DNA of 64,000 bases, taken from an uncultured Candidatus Saccharibacteria bacterium (GTDB taxonomy: Bacteria > Patescibacteriota > SOKK01). Below are positions 28,681 to 38,432 of this stretch, one piece after another. A program made the position numbers and the translations under genes. The notes beneath the pieces are model-generated. The model saw only the letters and a list, made by a program, of their open reading frames with translations, did not search any database and had not been told where the DNA came from. The stretch spans positions 25,508 through 89,507 of the forward strand of contig CAZFJP010000003.1 in the NCBI GenBank assembly GCA_964518965.1, in the 5' to 3' direction. How positions within the stretch are numbered: position 1 is the first letter of the stretch; each line of letters starts with the position of its first letter.

Positions 28681-29778
28681 CTAGATGAGCGGCAGGCCGC
28701 ACTTTTCGCAGTGGACCGTACCGATGGGGTAACATACTCCACAGAGGGGGCACCATGGCCCTGTGTGCTCCTCGCCGGGGGCGATGAGTTCTCCGCACCT
28801 GAGACAAGTTGGCGGCTTGGGCGGGGGAGGAGGAATCGGTTCCTCCCCCTCAATTTCTCGTGCTACTTCCGCCCGAAGAATTGCTTCGGGGGAAGAGCTT
28901 TTTACCTCTGCCTCCTCCTCACGGATAATTTGGGTAAGAACTCTTTTGATTTTATCCGTGAGTTCTTCTCTCTCTTTCCCTTCACTTACACCTTTGTTGT
29001 AGATATCCTCAAAGGTGCAATGGAGAAAGAAGAGAATGATGCCGCTTTCCGAGTCCTGATCTTTGTTGTCATGAAGATAGACTCGGAGGGCATTTAAGAG
29101 CCTTGCGCTGAGGTTTTCGAGGAAGAAGCGCACCTCGCGCTCAGTTTTTTGGGGAAGAATTGTTGTTCTTTTGCCCCTCGCGAGCGCAAGGAGCTCGGTG
29201 CAGTATTTCTGGCAATTTTCCCGGGACAAACTGCGGGCGATTGTCCCGGCTGGCTCCCTGAGGTATCTGAGCAGGGAAGGAAGGTCTTTGATTAGACCAT
29301 CTTCGCCCTGCGCCATCAAGAAGCCCAACAGGCTAGTGGCCTGCTGGTCTGGAGGGGAGCCACAGGTATGTTGCCAGAGGATCACTAGTTTCTCTAGGGG
29401 GGATTCCTTGGGGATGCCGTTTTGCTGGTTGACCAGCTCTCTCAGTTCCTGGTCGAGAAGCGGGAGTTTTGACTTCGGCGTAGTGGTCAGGTAGAGGATC
29501 GTTATGATCCTCAAAAGCGAAATCCCCCAAAAGGATTCGCTTACTCGTTCATTAAGAACGAGTGAAGCAATCCCGTGCCGAACAATCCCAGCGTCGGTTT
29601 TGTTTAGGAGCTCTTTAAGTGCTGGCACAAGCTCTTCCTTAAAGCGCCTTTCGGCTTCCCTCCGGTCTATCAAGCCGAGGCGCATCTTGGCGCGGATTTC
29701 ATTTGTGCCGGTTAAGATGTCCGTTGCAACTGAAACGAAATCCTCGCTACTTATCCTAGAGTTTTTATTCTCTGGCAT
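28681..29778 (-). CDS. Hypothetical protein with Pro linker and C-terminal triple CxxC zinc ribbon
   Basis: ggaggt RBS; CLRC, CPLC, CEKC; GC-richer than flanks. Confidence 0.7.
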   Translation of the reverse strand: MPENKNSRISSEDFVSVATDILTGTNEIRAKMRLGLIDRREAERRFKEELVPALKELLNKTDAGIVRHGIASLVLNERVSESFWGISLLRIITILYLTTTPKSKLPLLDQELRELVNQQNGIPKESPLEKLVILWQHTCGSPPDQQATSLLGFLMAQGEDGLIKDLPSLLRYLREPAGTIARSLSRENCQKYCTELLALARGKRTTILPQKTEREVRFFLENLSARLLNALRVYLHDNKDQDSESGIILFFLHCTFEDIYNKGVSEGKEREELTDKIKRVLTQIIREEEAEVKSSSPEAILRAEVAREIEGEEPIPPPPPKPPTCLRCGELIAPGEEHTGPWCPLCGVCYPIGTVHCEKCGLPLI

Positions 29779-30419
29779 ATTGTTGACTCCACCTCCTTCC
29801 AGGTGGTTTCGATAACTACTGCCGCGAGAGGCGGCAGCGAGTTGTAGATTTCGTTGATTTCCGCTCGCGCGATTTCTACGATCAGTCCCCGCATACTCTC
29901 GTTATGCCAAGTGATTTCGGACGGTAACGCAATTGGCTGGTGGACTGATTGGGATGTTCCTTTGGGGAGGGCGAGAGGAGTGATGGTTTTGGGAGGAAGA
30001 GCTAGTGGGTATTCCTTTTTGTGAGGTTCTATCTTTTTTTCTTCGAGTTCGAGCTTCACATTCTCATTCTGATGTTTCTCTTCCTCGAGATCAAATTCGT
30101 CCACCTCAACATTTACCGGTTTGGGTAGAAGGACTTCCTTTATCCATTCTGCTAATCCCGGTATTATGAGGTGTATGATTTCAGGTTGAGGAGGTTGAGG
30201 AGGAAAAGTGAATTCAATACGAACAGGAGGGCAAAGAGTGCATTGGATGCACTCTCCCGTTTTTGGTCCGAAAACAACTTTTTTCGGTTCCGCAAAGTCA
30301 TCAGGATACAACTCTCGCGGAACCTCGCGGAACCGGACACCCGCTTTTCGCAAAGTGTCTTCGATAATGGTAATAGTCCTGTCTCCCGCAGGGACAGAAC
30401 CATTTTTATCGCTTGCCAT
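29751..30419 (-). CDS. Hypothetical protein
   Basis: gaggagg RBS before ATG, upstream TTGACT...TAAGTT promoter-like site. Confidence 0.65.
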   Translation of the reverse strand: MASDKNGSVPAGDRTITIIEDTLRKAGVRFREVPRELYPDDFAEPKKVVFGPKTGECIQCTLCPPVRIEFTFPPQPPQPEIIHLIIPGLAEWIKEVLLPKPVNVEVDEFDLEEEKHQNENVKLELEEKKIEPHKKEYPLALPPKTITPLALPKGTSQSVHQPIALPSEITWHNESMRGLIVEIARAEINEIYNSLPPLAAVVIETTWKEVESTICQRIKTLG

Positions 30420-30542
30420 GGTCTTGCCTCCTCGGGAGGTTATAGTTTGGGTTTTAAAGCTACAAAGCGACAGGTTAACTTAGCACAAAGAAGCCATTAA
30501 GTCAAGATTTATTGTGTTATAATTAAAATAGAAAGAAACATC

Positions 30543-31085
30543 ATGCGCAAAAAGATTCCTAAAATTCGCTTGTTTTTTGCTTTACGACCTGAGCGAGCTA
30601 GCGAAAAGAAGCTACTTACTTTAATCCGGAGGTTAAAGAAGCAGTTTAAGGGAAGATTTTACCCGGTAAATAAGTTACACCTGACGTTAGCGTTTCTTGG
30701 TTGGGTAAGAAAGGATCGCTTGAAAGTTGTTGAGAATGTTTTTAAGGAGCAATCTGCTCACTCTCATTCTTTTAAAGTAGAAACCGATCTTCTGGAGCTT
30801 TGTCGCAGGAGCCGCTGTCGTAATCATCTTTGGTTACGTTTCAAGAATGCTGAAGTGTTGGAAAATTTTCAAAACAAGCTCTTGATTTTACTGAAAAGAA
30901 ATAAATTCCCTGTTGAGAAATGTCGTTTTCTCCCTCATCTTACCCTTGCGAGACAATTAGAAACAAAGAAGAAGATTAAAGAGCCATTAGAATTGAAATT
31001 AGAGTTTAATCAGTTCATTCTTTATCAAAGCACTTTACTTCGCCAGGGTTCACGTTATACAAAATTGTTAAGTTCTTCTAAATGA
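30543..31085 (+). CDS. thpR: RNA 2',3'-cyclic phosphodiesterase (2H family)
   Basis: RLFFAL, HLTLAFLG, PHLTLAR, L.QS.L...G..Y. Confidence 0.92.
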   Translation: MRKKIPKIRLFFALRPERASEKKLLTLIRRLKKQFKGRFYPVNKLHLTLAFLGWVRKDRLKVVENVFKEQSAHSHSFKVETDLLELCRRSRCRNHLWLRFKNAEVLENFQNKLLILLKRNKFPVEKCRFLPHLTLARQLETKKKIKEPLELKLEFNQFILYQSTLLRQGSRYTKLLSSSK

Positions 31086-31726
31086 AAAAAGATCCCGATT
31101 ATCAAAAATTAGTGCAGGAGTTAATTGCTGAAAGAACACTTGTTACCAAGGAAATTATTAATGCCTTTCTTAAAATTGACCGGGTTAATTTCTTGCCGGA
31201 AGAATTAAAGACGCAAGCAGGAGTAAATACTGCTCTTCCAATTGGTTGTGAGCAGACAATATCGCAGCCATTTACGGTTGCTTTTATGTTAGAATTACTT
31301 CAGCCAAAGTCCGGCCAGAAGATTTTAGATATCGGCTCAGGTTCCGGATGGCAAACCGCCCTTTTGGCAGAGATTGCCGGAAGTAATGGCAAGGTAATTG
31401 CAATGGAAATTGTTCCGGAATTAAAAGAAGAAGGGGAGCAAAACGTCAGGAAATTCGGATTTGCTAGTGTTACTTTTATTCTCGGTGATGGTTCTCAGGG
31501 TTATACTAAGGAAGCGCCTTTTGATCGAATTATCGGTGCAGCGGCAATTCCCCAGATTCCTCAAATACTAAAAAACCAACTTAAAATTGGTGGCCGCATG
31601 GTCCTGCCGGTGGGAACAACTGATCAGGAGATTGTACTTGTTATCCGTGAAAGCGAGAAAGAATTTCATGAAGAGCATTTTTCCGGCTTTGTGTTTGTAC
31701 CGATGGTTGGTAAATATGGTATCTGA
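31082..31726 (+). CDS. pcm: Protein-L-isoaspartate O-methyltransferase
   Basis: LPIG.EQTISQP, LDIGSGSGW, APFDRI, QLK.GGR.V.PVG, FVFVP. Confidence 0.95.
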   Translation: MKKDPDYQKLVQELIAERTLVTKEIINAFLKIDRVNFLPEELKTQAGVNTALPIGCEQTISQPFTVAFMLELLQPKSGQKILDIGSGSGWQTALLAEIAGSNGKVIAMEIVPELKEEGEQNVRKFGFASVTFILGDGSQGYTKEAPFDRIIGAAAIPQIPQILKNQLKIGGRMVLPVGTTDQEIVLVIRESEKEFHEEHFSGFVFVPMVGKYGI

Positions 31727-31749
31727 ATAATGGATAATGTATAATAAGA

Positions 31750-31832
31750 AATGTTAGATGTAAGATGTAAGATGTTGGATATAGGAATTCTCACATCTCA
31801 CATCTCACATTTACCATCTAACATCTAACATT
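31750..31832. repeat. Heptamer-repeat foldback element
   Basis: atgttag atgtaag atgtaag atgttgg ... ctcacat ctcacat ctcacat ... ctaacat ctaacat. Confidence 0.8.
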
Positions 31833-31837
31833 TTATT

Positions 31838-33169
31838 ATGAGAAAGTATTTTTGGTTACTTGTGTCATTGATTATTGTTCTAACGGTTTTAGCTGGTTTG
31901 GTAGATTGGCCCAAGGGACCGAATTTGGATTTAAGTTTCTTGGGGATTAATGTTAAGCGGGAATTAAAGATTCACCGCGGCTTAGATTTACAGGGTGGCT
32001 CGCACTTGGTTTATGAGGCGGATTTAAGTAAGATTCAGTCCGGCGAGGAAGAAGAGGCAATGGATGGAGTAGTGGAAGTGATTCGTAATCGTATTGATGC
32101 TTATGGTGTTGCGGAACCAAACATTCAGAAAGATAAAAGTGGCGGTAGGTGGCGGGTGATTGTAGAATTGCCGGGTGTGAAGAACGAGCAGGAAGCATTA
32201 AAATTAATTGGTAAGACTGCTCAATTGGATTTTCGTGAGCAAAAAACTGCGGAAGTTTCCAAAAAAGCAAAAAAGAATGTGCCTAGTGAAGTATTTGTTC
32301 CAACCGGTTTGACCGGAAAAGATTTTAAGAAAGCCAAGGTCCAGTTTAATCCCCAAGATAATAGTCCCGAGATTGCAATTGAGTTTACATCAGAGGGAAA
32401 GAAAAAGTTTGCTGAGATTACCAAGCGCAATGTTCAAAAACCTTTAGCAATTTACCTAGATAATGAACAGATTAGTGCACCGACAGTTCAGCAAGCGATT
32501 ACTGATGGTAAGGCGGTGATTACGGGTAACTTTACTTTGCAGTCTGCAAAAGAATTGGCGATTCAGCTGAACGCTGGTGCCTTGCCAGTTCCAATCTCAC
32601 TTGTAGAACAACGTAAAATTGGTGCAACTCTAGGTGATGAATCAGTAGAGAAGAGCTTACTTGCAGGTTTATTCGGATTATTTCTCGTAGCGTTATTTAT
32701 GATTCTTTATTATCGTCTACCGGGACTTTTGGCAGTGCTTGCGCTCTTTATTTATTCCTTGATTGTTCTTGCTATTTATAAGCTGGTACCGGTAACTTTA
32801 ACCTTGGCAGGGATTGCTGGTTTCATTCTTTCTATTGGGATGGCGGTAGATGCCAATATTCTGATTTTTGAAAGAATGAAGGAGGAATTGCGTGCTGGGA
32901 AATCGCTTTCAAGCGCTATTGAAGAAGGTTTTCGTCGTGCTTGGCTTTCTATTCGCGACTCCAACATTTCTAGTTTAATTACCTGTCTCATTCTTTACTG
33001 GTTTGGTACTGGTCAGGTGCGTGGCTTTGCCCTTACGCTGGGTATTGGTATTCTGGTAAGTATGTTCTCAGCGATTATCGTTACTCGCACTTTTTTGAGG
33101 TTTTTTGAAAGAGAAACATTTGAGAATAAGTTGCGTGGCTTCTTTGGAGTTAGTAAAACAAGTCAATAA
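31838..33169 (+). CDS. secD: Protein translocase subunit SecD
   Basis: GLDLQGG, RID..GV.EP, VELPG, LNAGALP, GMAVDANILIFER.KEE. Confidence 0.96.
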   Translation: MRKYFWLLVSLIIVLTVLAGLVDWPKGPNLDLSFLGINVKRELKIHRGLDLQGGSHLVYEADLSKIQSGEEEEAMDGVVEVIRNRIDAYGVAEPNIQKDKSGGRWRVIVELPGVKNEQEALKLIGKTAQLDFREQKTAEVSKKAKKNVPSEVFVPTGLTGKDFKKAKVQFNPQDNSPEIAIEFTSEGKKKFAEITKRNVQKPLAIYLDNEQISAPTVQQAITDGKAVITGNFTLQSAKELAIQLNAGALPVPISLVEQRKIGATLGDESVEKSLLAGLFGLFLVALFMILYYRLPGLLAVLALFIYSLIVLAIYKLVPVTLTLAGIAGFILSIGMAVDANILIFERMKEELRAGKSLSSAIEEGFRRAWLSIRDSNISSLITCLILYWFGTGQVRGFALTLGIGILVSMFSAIIVTRTFLRFFERETFENKLRGFFGVSKTSQ

Positions 33170-33189
33170 TTAGTTCTTAATTTCTAAAA

Positions 33190-33360
33190 ATGGCAGAAAA
33201 AGAAAATAGGGTTACATTAGTTTGTGAAGAATGTAAGGAAGTAAATTACTTCACGAATATTAATCATAAAAATGTTAAGGACAAATTGAAATTAAAGAAA
33301 TTTTGTCATCGTTGTAAAAAACATACTGTTCATAAAGAAAGTAAGTTCAAGAAGAAGTAA
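33190..33360 (+). CDS. rpmG: 50S ribosomal protein L33 (absent from the ORF track)
   Basis: Translates MAEKENRVTLVCEECKEVNYFTNINHKNVKDKLKLKKFCHRCKKHTVHKESKFKKK. Confidence 0.93.
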   Translation: MAEKENRVTLVCEECKEVNYFTNINHKNVKDKLKLKKFCHRCKKHTVHKESKFKKK

Positions 33361-33405
33361 GTTAGTTTTATTTTTACATTTTACATTTTAATTTTTAAGT
33401 TTTTT

Positions 33406-33482
33406 AGGCCCGTAGCTCTAATGGTTAGAGCGGTGGTCTCCAAAACCACAGGTTGGGTGTTCGACTCACCCCGGGCCTGCCA
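33406..33482 (+). tRNA. tRNA-Trp(CCA)
   Basis: AGGCCCG/CGGGCCT acceptor, GTGGT-CTCCAAA-ACCAC, CCA. Confidence 0.97.
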
Positions 33483-33552
33483 AATCTGAAAAACTGCGTC
33501 TGTAGGCGGTTTTTTTAATGTAGTTCTCATGGATATAGTGTCGCATTAAAAA

Positions 33553-33603
33553 TTGACTTAAAATTTAATGTTTGATATCATATCAACGTAAATTGATATG
33601 ATA
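33553..33603 (+). promoter_or_regulatory. Promoter with overlapping ArsR-type operator
   Basis: TTGACT-17-TATCAT; perfect inverted repeat tatcatatcaa-N6-ttgatatgata (33576-33603) over the -10 and start site. Confidence 0.7.
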
Positions 33604-33607
33604 AATA

Positions 33608-33934
33608 TTGATTATGGAAAATATTCCTTATTGTCGAAATAAACTAAAATCAAAAAATAATTTTCAAGAAGCAATTGAATTTTTAAGAATTATTAATGAA
33701 CCAAATCGTTTGAGAATTATTTATTTTTTGAATTACGGCGAACAATGTGTTTGCAATATTCGAAAGTCCTTGAATATTTCTCAAAACCTTACTTCTTATC
33801 ACCTCAAAACCTTGAAAGATTTTGGTTTAGTTGATTCCAGGCAAGAGGGTAAGAAGATCATTTACTCGTCAAACAAAAAATTTATGAAAAAATGTATTTC
33901 ACTTTTAAATAATTTTTTAATTTTAAATTTATGA
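33608..33934 (+). CDS. arsR: ArsR/SmtB family transcriptional repressor
   Basis: EPNRLRII..L..GEQCVC.I...L.ISQ...SYHLK.L...GLV..RQEG. Confidence 0.9.
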   Translation: MIMENIPYCRNKLKSKNNFQEAIEFLRIINEPNRLRIIYFLNYGEQCVCNIRKSLNISQNLTSYHLKTLKDFGLVDSRQEGKKIIYSSNKKFMKKCISLLNNFLILNL

Positions 33935-34194
33935 AAATTCAAGTTTTGGGTTCGGGTTGTGTTACTTGCGAGAATTTGCATAAGACAGTTGAAGAAGTAG
34001 TCAAAAAATTAAATCTTGATTTGAAGGTGGAATATTCTACAGATATTACTAAAATTGTTGAAATTGGTGCGATGGGTAGTCCTGTTTTTGTAATTGATGG
34101 AAAATTAATTACTGCGGGTAAAGTGCCTTCCGACAAAGAAATCGAAAAAGCCATTTTAGAGAAAATGAAAAGGAGTATGCTAGAAAAAAAATAA
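33931..34194 (+). CDS. Small redox-active thioredoxin-like protein (MTH895/Thioredoxin_3 type)
   Basis: MKIQVLGSGCVTC...P...IDGK....GKVP. Confidence 0.88.
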   Translation: MKIQVLGSGCVTCENLHKTVEEVVKKLNLDLKVEYSTDITKIVEIGAMGSPVFVIDGKLITAGKVPSDKEIEKAILEKMKRSMLEKK

Positions 34195-34251
34195 TCATTG
34201 CAGAACAGTTGTTTTCGCGGTGGAAATTATTAATAATTTTTTAAAAATAAT

Positions 34252-34722
34252 ATGAACAAAAAAATAATCGCTCCATCTCTTTTGTTAATTTTTTTATTAC
34301 TTACAGTCTTTTTGATGGGTTGTGATAATCAATCAAACTTTCAGGGTTCTGGAAAAAATACTCTTTCCGATTCAACCTCTGAGATTTCAAAAGCTGAAAG
34401 AGTTGAAGTAGTTTGTTTTTATGGGACCCATCGTTGCATTTCATGTAAAATTGTTGAAGAGTATGCTAAAAAAACTCTTGAGGAATTTTTTCAATCAGAA
34501 CTCCGAACTGGCAAAATCACATTTAAATCTATTAATATTGAACTTCCTGAAAACCGCGATATTGTAGTAAAATATCAAGCTCGCGGATCATCACTTTTTA
34601 TCAATGCGATTAAAGATGGAAAAGATAATATTTCAGAAGATGTCGATGTTTGGTATTTGACTGGTGATGAACAGGCTTACAAAGAATATTTCAAAGAAAA
34701 AATTGAGAAAATTTTAAATTAA
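34252..34722 (+). CDS. ArsF-like thioredoxin-fold lipoprotein
   Basis: Lipobox LMGC; FYGTHRCISC...E. Confidence 0.72.
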   Translation: MNKKIIAPSLLLIFLLLTVFLMGCDNQSNFQGSGKNTLSDSTSEISKAERVEVVCFYGTHRCISCKIVEEYAKKTLEEFFQSELRTGKITFKSINIELPENRDIVVKYQARGSSLFINAIKDGKDNISEDVDVWYLTGDEQAYKEYFKEKIEKILN

Positions 34723-34726
34723 CTCC

Positions 34727-36415
34727 ATGGGAAATTTTATTGCGTCGTTAATTGATACTTATAATATCCCACTTCTAACAGCATTTTTGCTGGGAATTTT
34801 AACTTCCATTAGCCCCTGCCCGTTAGCAACCAATATTACGGCAGTCGGGTTTTTATCAAAGGATATCAAAACTGCCAAAAATACTCTTTTGAACGCACTT
34901 TTTTACATCATCGGACGGGGCATTTCTTACACTTTGCTGGCGGGTCTAATTTATTTTGGAATTTCCTCTTTTACGGTTTCGGGAATTTTTCAGGGGTGGG
35001 GAGAAAAACTACTTGCGCCTGTTTTGCTTATTATGGGATTTTTTATGCTTGGGATTTTTAAAATAAATTTACATTCTCAGGATGATAAATGGGAGAAATC
35101 TAAGCAATGGCTTTCTAAGAAAGGATATTTAGGGTCTTTGGGGCTTGGAATGATTTTTGCTTTAGCCTTTTGCCCCTATAGTGGTGTATTATTTTTCGGG
35201 ATACTAATGCCGCTTATTTTAAAATCAGCGAGCGGATTTCTTCTTGCTTCTCTTTTTGCTCTTGGCACAGGCCTACCAGTTGCGGTTTTTGCTGTATTGA
35301 TGGTCTTAAGTCTTCAAAAAATGAGTAAAATATACCGTATCACTCACAAGGTGGAAAAATATCTACGCTATATTGTCGCTTTTATCTTTATCGGGGTCGG
35401 TTTATATTTTCTTATTAAATACACATTTGGTATTGAGGATTTTGATATTTTTTATCCCTTTGCGGCGTTGGCAAACTGGTTGACATTTTCAGTTTTGGGT
35501 ATTAAGCAAGGTTCATATCTTGGCAGTAGTGTAGAATTTTTTCTTTATGATGTTCTTAAAATTTTTGCACTTATGCTGGTAATTGGTTACTCCATGAGTG
35601 CACTTCGTTATTATCTCCCCATTGAAAAGTTACGTAATTTTTTAACCAGAAGAAAGCTCTATGGACTTGATTATTTTTTTGCTGCTATTTTTGGAGTAGT
35701 TACTCCTTTTTGCTCTTGTTCCTCAATCCCGCTTTTTGTTGGATTTTTAGAAGCTCGAATTCCGCTCGGAGTTACTTTTACTTTTATGATCACTTCCCCG
35801 TTGGTTAATGAAGTGGCTATTGTTCTTTTACTTGGTATTTTTGGTTGGCGAATAATGGTATTCTATGTTATTGCAGCGATTTTAATTGGGATGGCGGGGG
35901 GATTCGTTTTAGGTAAGCTTAAAATGGAGAAGTATGTTGAGGATTTTGTTTGGAAAATTCATACTCCAAAGCAAAATCCGAAAGAAATTAAAAGAGAACC
36001 ATTTATAAAAGTATTTCCCCAACTTTCACGGGAGGCACTTGGGATAATCAAAAAAATCGCCCTTTATATTATTATTGGTGTTGGAGTAGGAGCATTTATT
36101 CATGGTTATGTTCCAGAGGGATTTTTTGAGAAATACTTGGAAAATACCGGCTTTTGGAGTGTGCCTCTCGCGACAATTTTAGCGGTGCCAATGTATGCTA
36201 ATGCTAGTGGAGTTATTCCTGTTATTCAATCATTAGTTGCGAAAGGCATTCCTCTTGGTACGGCTCTTGCTTTTATGATGGCGACCGTCGGGCTTTCATT
36301 ACCCGAAGCGCTGATTTTGAAAAAAGTTCTCAAGTGGAAACTTCTTGCGGCATTTTTTGGATTCGTAACAGTTGGAATTATTTTAATTGGTTATGTATTT
36401 AATTTTTTATTTTAA
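34727..36415 (+). CDS. Fusion of ArsG/DsbD-like membrane domain and ArsP-family permease
   Basis: N half SPCPLATNI and LAFCPYSG; C half TPFCSCSSIP, SPLVNE, GVGVGAFIHGYVP, GLSLPE. Confidence 0.82.
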   Translation: MGNFIASLIDTYNIPLLTAFLLGILTSISPCPLATNITAVGFLSKDIKTAKNTLLNALFYIIGRGISYTLLAGLIYFGISSFTVSGIFQGWGEKLLAPVLLIMGFFMLGIFKINLHSQDDKWEKSKQWLSKKGYLGSLGLGMIFALAFCPYSGVLFFGILMPLILKSASGFLLASLFALGTGLPVAVFAVLMVLSLQKMSKIYRITHKVEKYLRYIVAFIFIGVGLYFLIKYTFGIEDFDIFYPFAALANWLTFSVLGIKQGSYLGSSVEFFLYDVLKIFALMLVIGYSMSALRYYLPIEKLRNFLTRRKLYGLDYFFAAIFGVVTPFCSCSSIPLFVGFLEARIPLGVTFTFMITSPLVNEVAIVLLLGIFGWRIMVFYVIAAILIGMAGGFVLGKLKMEKYVEDFVWKIHTPKQNPKEIKREPFIKVFPQLSREALGIIKKIALYIIIGVGVGAFIHGYVPEGFFEKYLENTGFWSVPLATILAVPMYANASGVIPVIQSLVAKGIPLGTALAFMMATVGLSLPEALILKKVLKWKLLAAFFGFVTVGIILIGYVFNFLF

Positions 36416-36551
36416 ATAAAATTAAGGCGAAAAAGATTAGAAATAAATATCCAGTGAACGAGATGGTAGAGTGCTAGATGGTGTTAATTTGGGACATAAA
36501 CAAACTCTCCTGAATTTCTAAACACATTTCTAACATTGTCTACGACTGCCT

Positions 36552-36658
36552 GCCAGCCCAAATTTCATCAATGATATTAATCAAGATAAACTAAATCTCA
36601 TAAGCAATTTTATTTTTAGTGGTTCTTGATTAACCTTAATGATGAAACTTGGGCTGGC
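36552..36658. repeat. ~105-nt hairpin element, copy 3
   Basis: gccagcccaaatttcatcaatgatattaatcaaga ... tcttgattaaccttaatgatgaaacttgggctggc. Confidence 0.85.
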
Positions 36659-36904
36659 TTGCCATTTAAATCAGGTCAAAGGTAACAGGTTAAAGGTCAA
36701 AGATAATAAATCCGGAAACTTTGATCTTTGCCCTTTAACCTTTAACCTTCTCCGAGAGGAGCGGTTTTTTGTTTGACCTTTTCCTTGGTTTATGTTATTG
36801 TAGCTTGTCGCTTTGCGATTTTGTCAAAGAGCGATTGTACCTTTAACTCAACAATAAATAAACGGTTTATTAACAGTTTTCATAGTCCTAGGAGGCTGAT
36901 TGGC

Positions 36905-38287
36905 ATGAAATGGATTATCGCTGTTTTACTGGTAGCGAATGCCGCTTGGGGGTATCTTATCCCCCAGACAGGCGAATTGGATGTCGACGGGGTAACTCTC
37001 GTCATTGGCGCGGAAATAAACAAACCGGACGGGGAAGATCCCCGAAAGTTAATCGGGAGTGTCTTGGACGCGGATAGCGGCCGGTCATTTGAGGTGCGGG
37101 AGAAGATCGCCAATGCTATTAAAGCGGCGGAGATCTCTCCGGAACTGGATGACCAAGAAGGTCGTTGGAAGCGGGCCAAGGATGCGGTCAAGGATTGGGA
37201 AGATCGCTTGGCACTTGCTCGCGCTTTCAAGGACGAGCTGGCGAGGCATGCTACTACGGCAGCGGTATATTTTTCCATGGACCCGGCTCAGTATGAGCGA
37301 ATGCCGGATCCCTTCGGGGCAATCCAAACACTCTTGGATGACTTTAACGACCGTGTTGCCGACATTATGGCAACCGATCCTAAGCTCCTTGAGGGTGTCG
37401 CGGCTAGTTTAATGGCATTGCGCCGCAATGCCGATCAGTTCCCCAAAGGTCTGAATAAGGATGTTGAGAAGTGTTGGGGGATTCTTATCGGCGAAGGGAA
37501 ACATCCGGAGTGGTGGGACGAAGACGTCAAAGCGGTCGCTTTAGCTGCGGAGGCGAAAAATCCCCTGCGTGAGACTAAGCCCGCTGTTGCGACGGCTCTC
37601 CCATCGCCGGTTAAGGAAACCCCTGTGTCTGTACCCGCGCCTACGCCTTCTACTCCGGTCCCAACGCTGGAAGTTGATCTCGAAGAAGCCGGGATTCTAC
37701 CTCCGCCAGAAGAAAAGTATAATAAAGAAACATCTCCTCCGGTTGAGGAAAATACGACGACTGTCGCAACGGAAGTTACTTCTTCGACTGAAGTGGTTAC
37801 GACAGAAACGTCTGTGACCTCGCCGGAAGTAGTAGCGACTAAAACGACGGAGGCGCCGACCGAATTTGTATCGGTAGAAGAACTGACAGAAGGAGTATCC
37901 GAATCTTCAGAACCTCCTTCTGCCGAATACTCGGTAGCGGACTTTCGGCGGTTAGACCTAAGCTCCAAGAGCGCTGTCGTTGACGTCATCGCCAAAAAGG
38001 AATCCTGGTCCGATGCGGATTACGAAATTATTTTCCTCTCGTTAGGATTGAATGACGATCCTAACGACGAGATTGCCGCGAAGACCTGGGAAGTAATTTG
38101 CGCTCGCTATCGCGGGTCGCAGACCTCCGAGCGGGAAGTGATTCTTGCTAAGGTGCGGGAATTCCGAAATCAAAACAACCGGAAGTTTTCTTCCCGTAGA
38201 TGTGACTTCCTGCTCAAGTATCTCGAAACTCTAAATAAACCGTTTATCAAAAAGCCCTCCCCCGGGAGGGCTTTACTCTCTTGTTAG
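36905..38287 (+). CDS. Hypothetical secreted protein with P/T/E-rich linker
   Basis: aggagg RBS before MKWIIAVLLVANAAWG signal peptide; GC-richer than flanks. Confidence 0.72.
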   Translation: MKWIIAVLLVANAAWGYLIPQTGELDVDGVTLVIGAEINKPDGEDPRKLIGSVLDADSGRSFEVREKIANAIKAAEISPELDDQEGRWKRAKDAVKDWEDRLALARAFKDELARHATTAAVYFSMDPAQYERMPDPFGAIQTLLDDFNDRVADIMATDPKLLEGVAASLMALRRNADQFPKGLNKDVEKCWGILIGEGKHPEWWDEDVKAVALAAEAKNPLRETKPAVATALPSPVKETPVSVPAPTPSTPVPTLEVDLEEAGILPPPEEKYNKETSPPVEENTTTVATEVTSSTEVVTTETSVTSPEVVATKTTEAPTEFVSVEELTEGVSESSEPPSAEYSVADFRRLDLSSKSAVVDVIAKKESWSDADYEIIFLSLGLNDDPNDEIAAKTWEVICARYRGSQTSEREVILAKVREFRNQNNRKFSSRRCDFLLKYLETLNKPFIKKPSPGRALLSC

Positions 38288-38432
38288 TTAAGCTAAAATT
38301 AACTGCCAAGAGCGTAAATTGGGCAATTCTAACAAGTTGGAACAGTTAAAAGTGTTTTTTGTAGGTAGTCATTGGGTGAATCAAAGATTTCTGGTGAGGA
38401 AAATCGGAAGCAAAATTACTGCAAAATTACTC

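Noticed and set aside
28560-30500. Many overlapping alternative ORFs in GC-rich segments (also 36880-37995 and 38372-39401)
   Set aside because: Expected shadow frames of GC-rich genes; they lack an RBS and recognisable motifs.
31838-33169. secD without adjacent secF, and ftsX without adjacent ftsE
   Set aside because: The partners may lie elsewhere in the genome; absence cannot be judged from this window.
36456-36484. Possible decayed tRNA-Ser 5' end (gaacgagatggtagagtgctagatgg)
   Set aside because: Similarity is too weak and no other tRNA arms can be formed.
36773-36904. N-terminal extensions from the ORF track (also at 15395, 44319, 52681 and 62777)
   Set aside because: Downstream ATGs give better RBS, signal peptide or domain boundaries.
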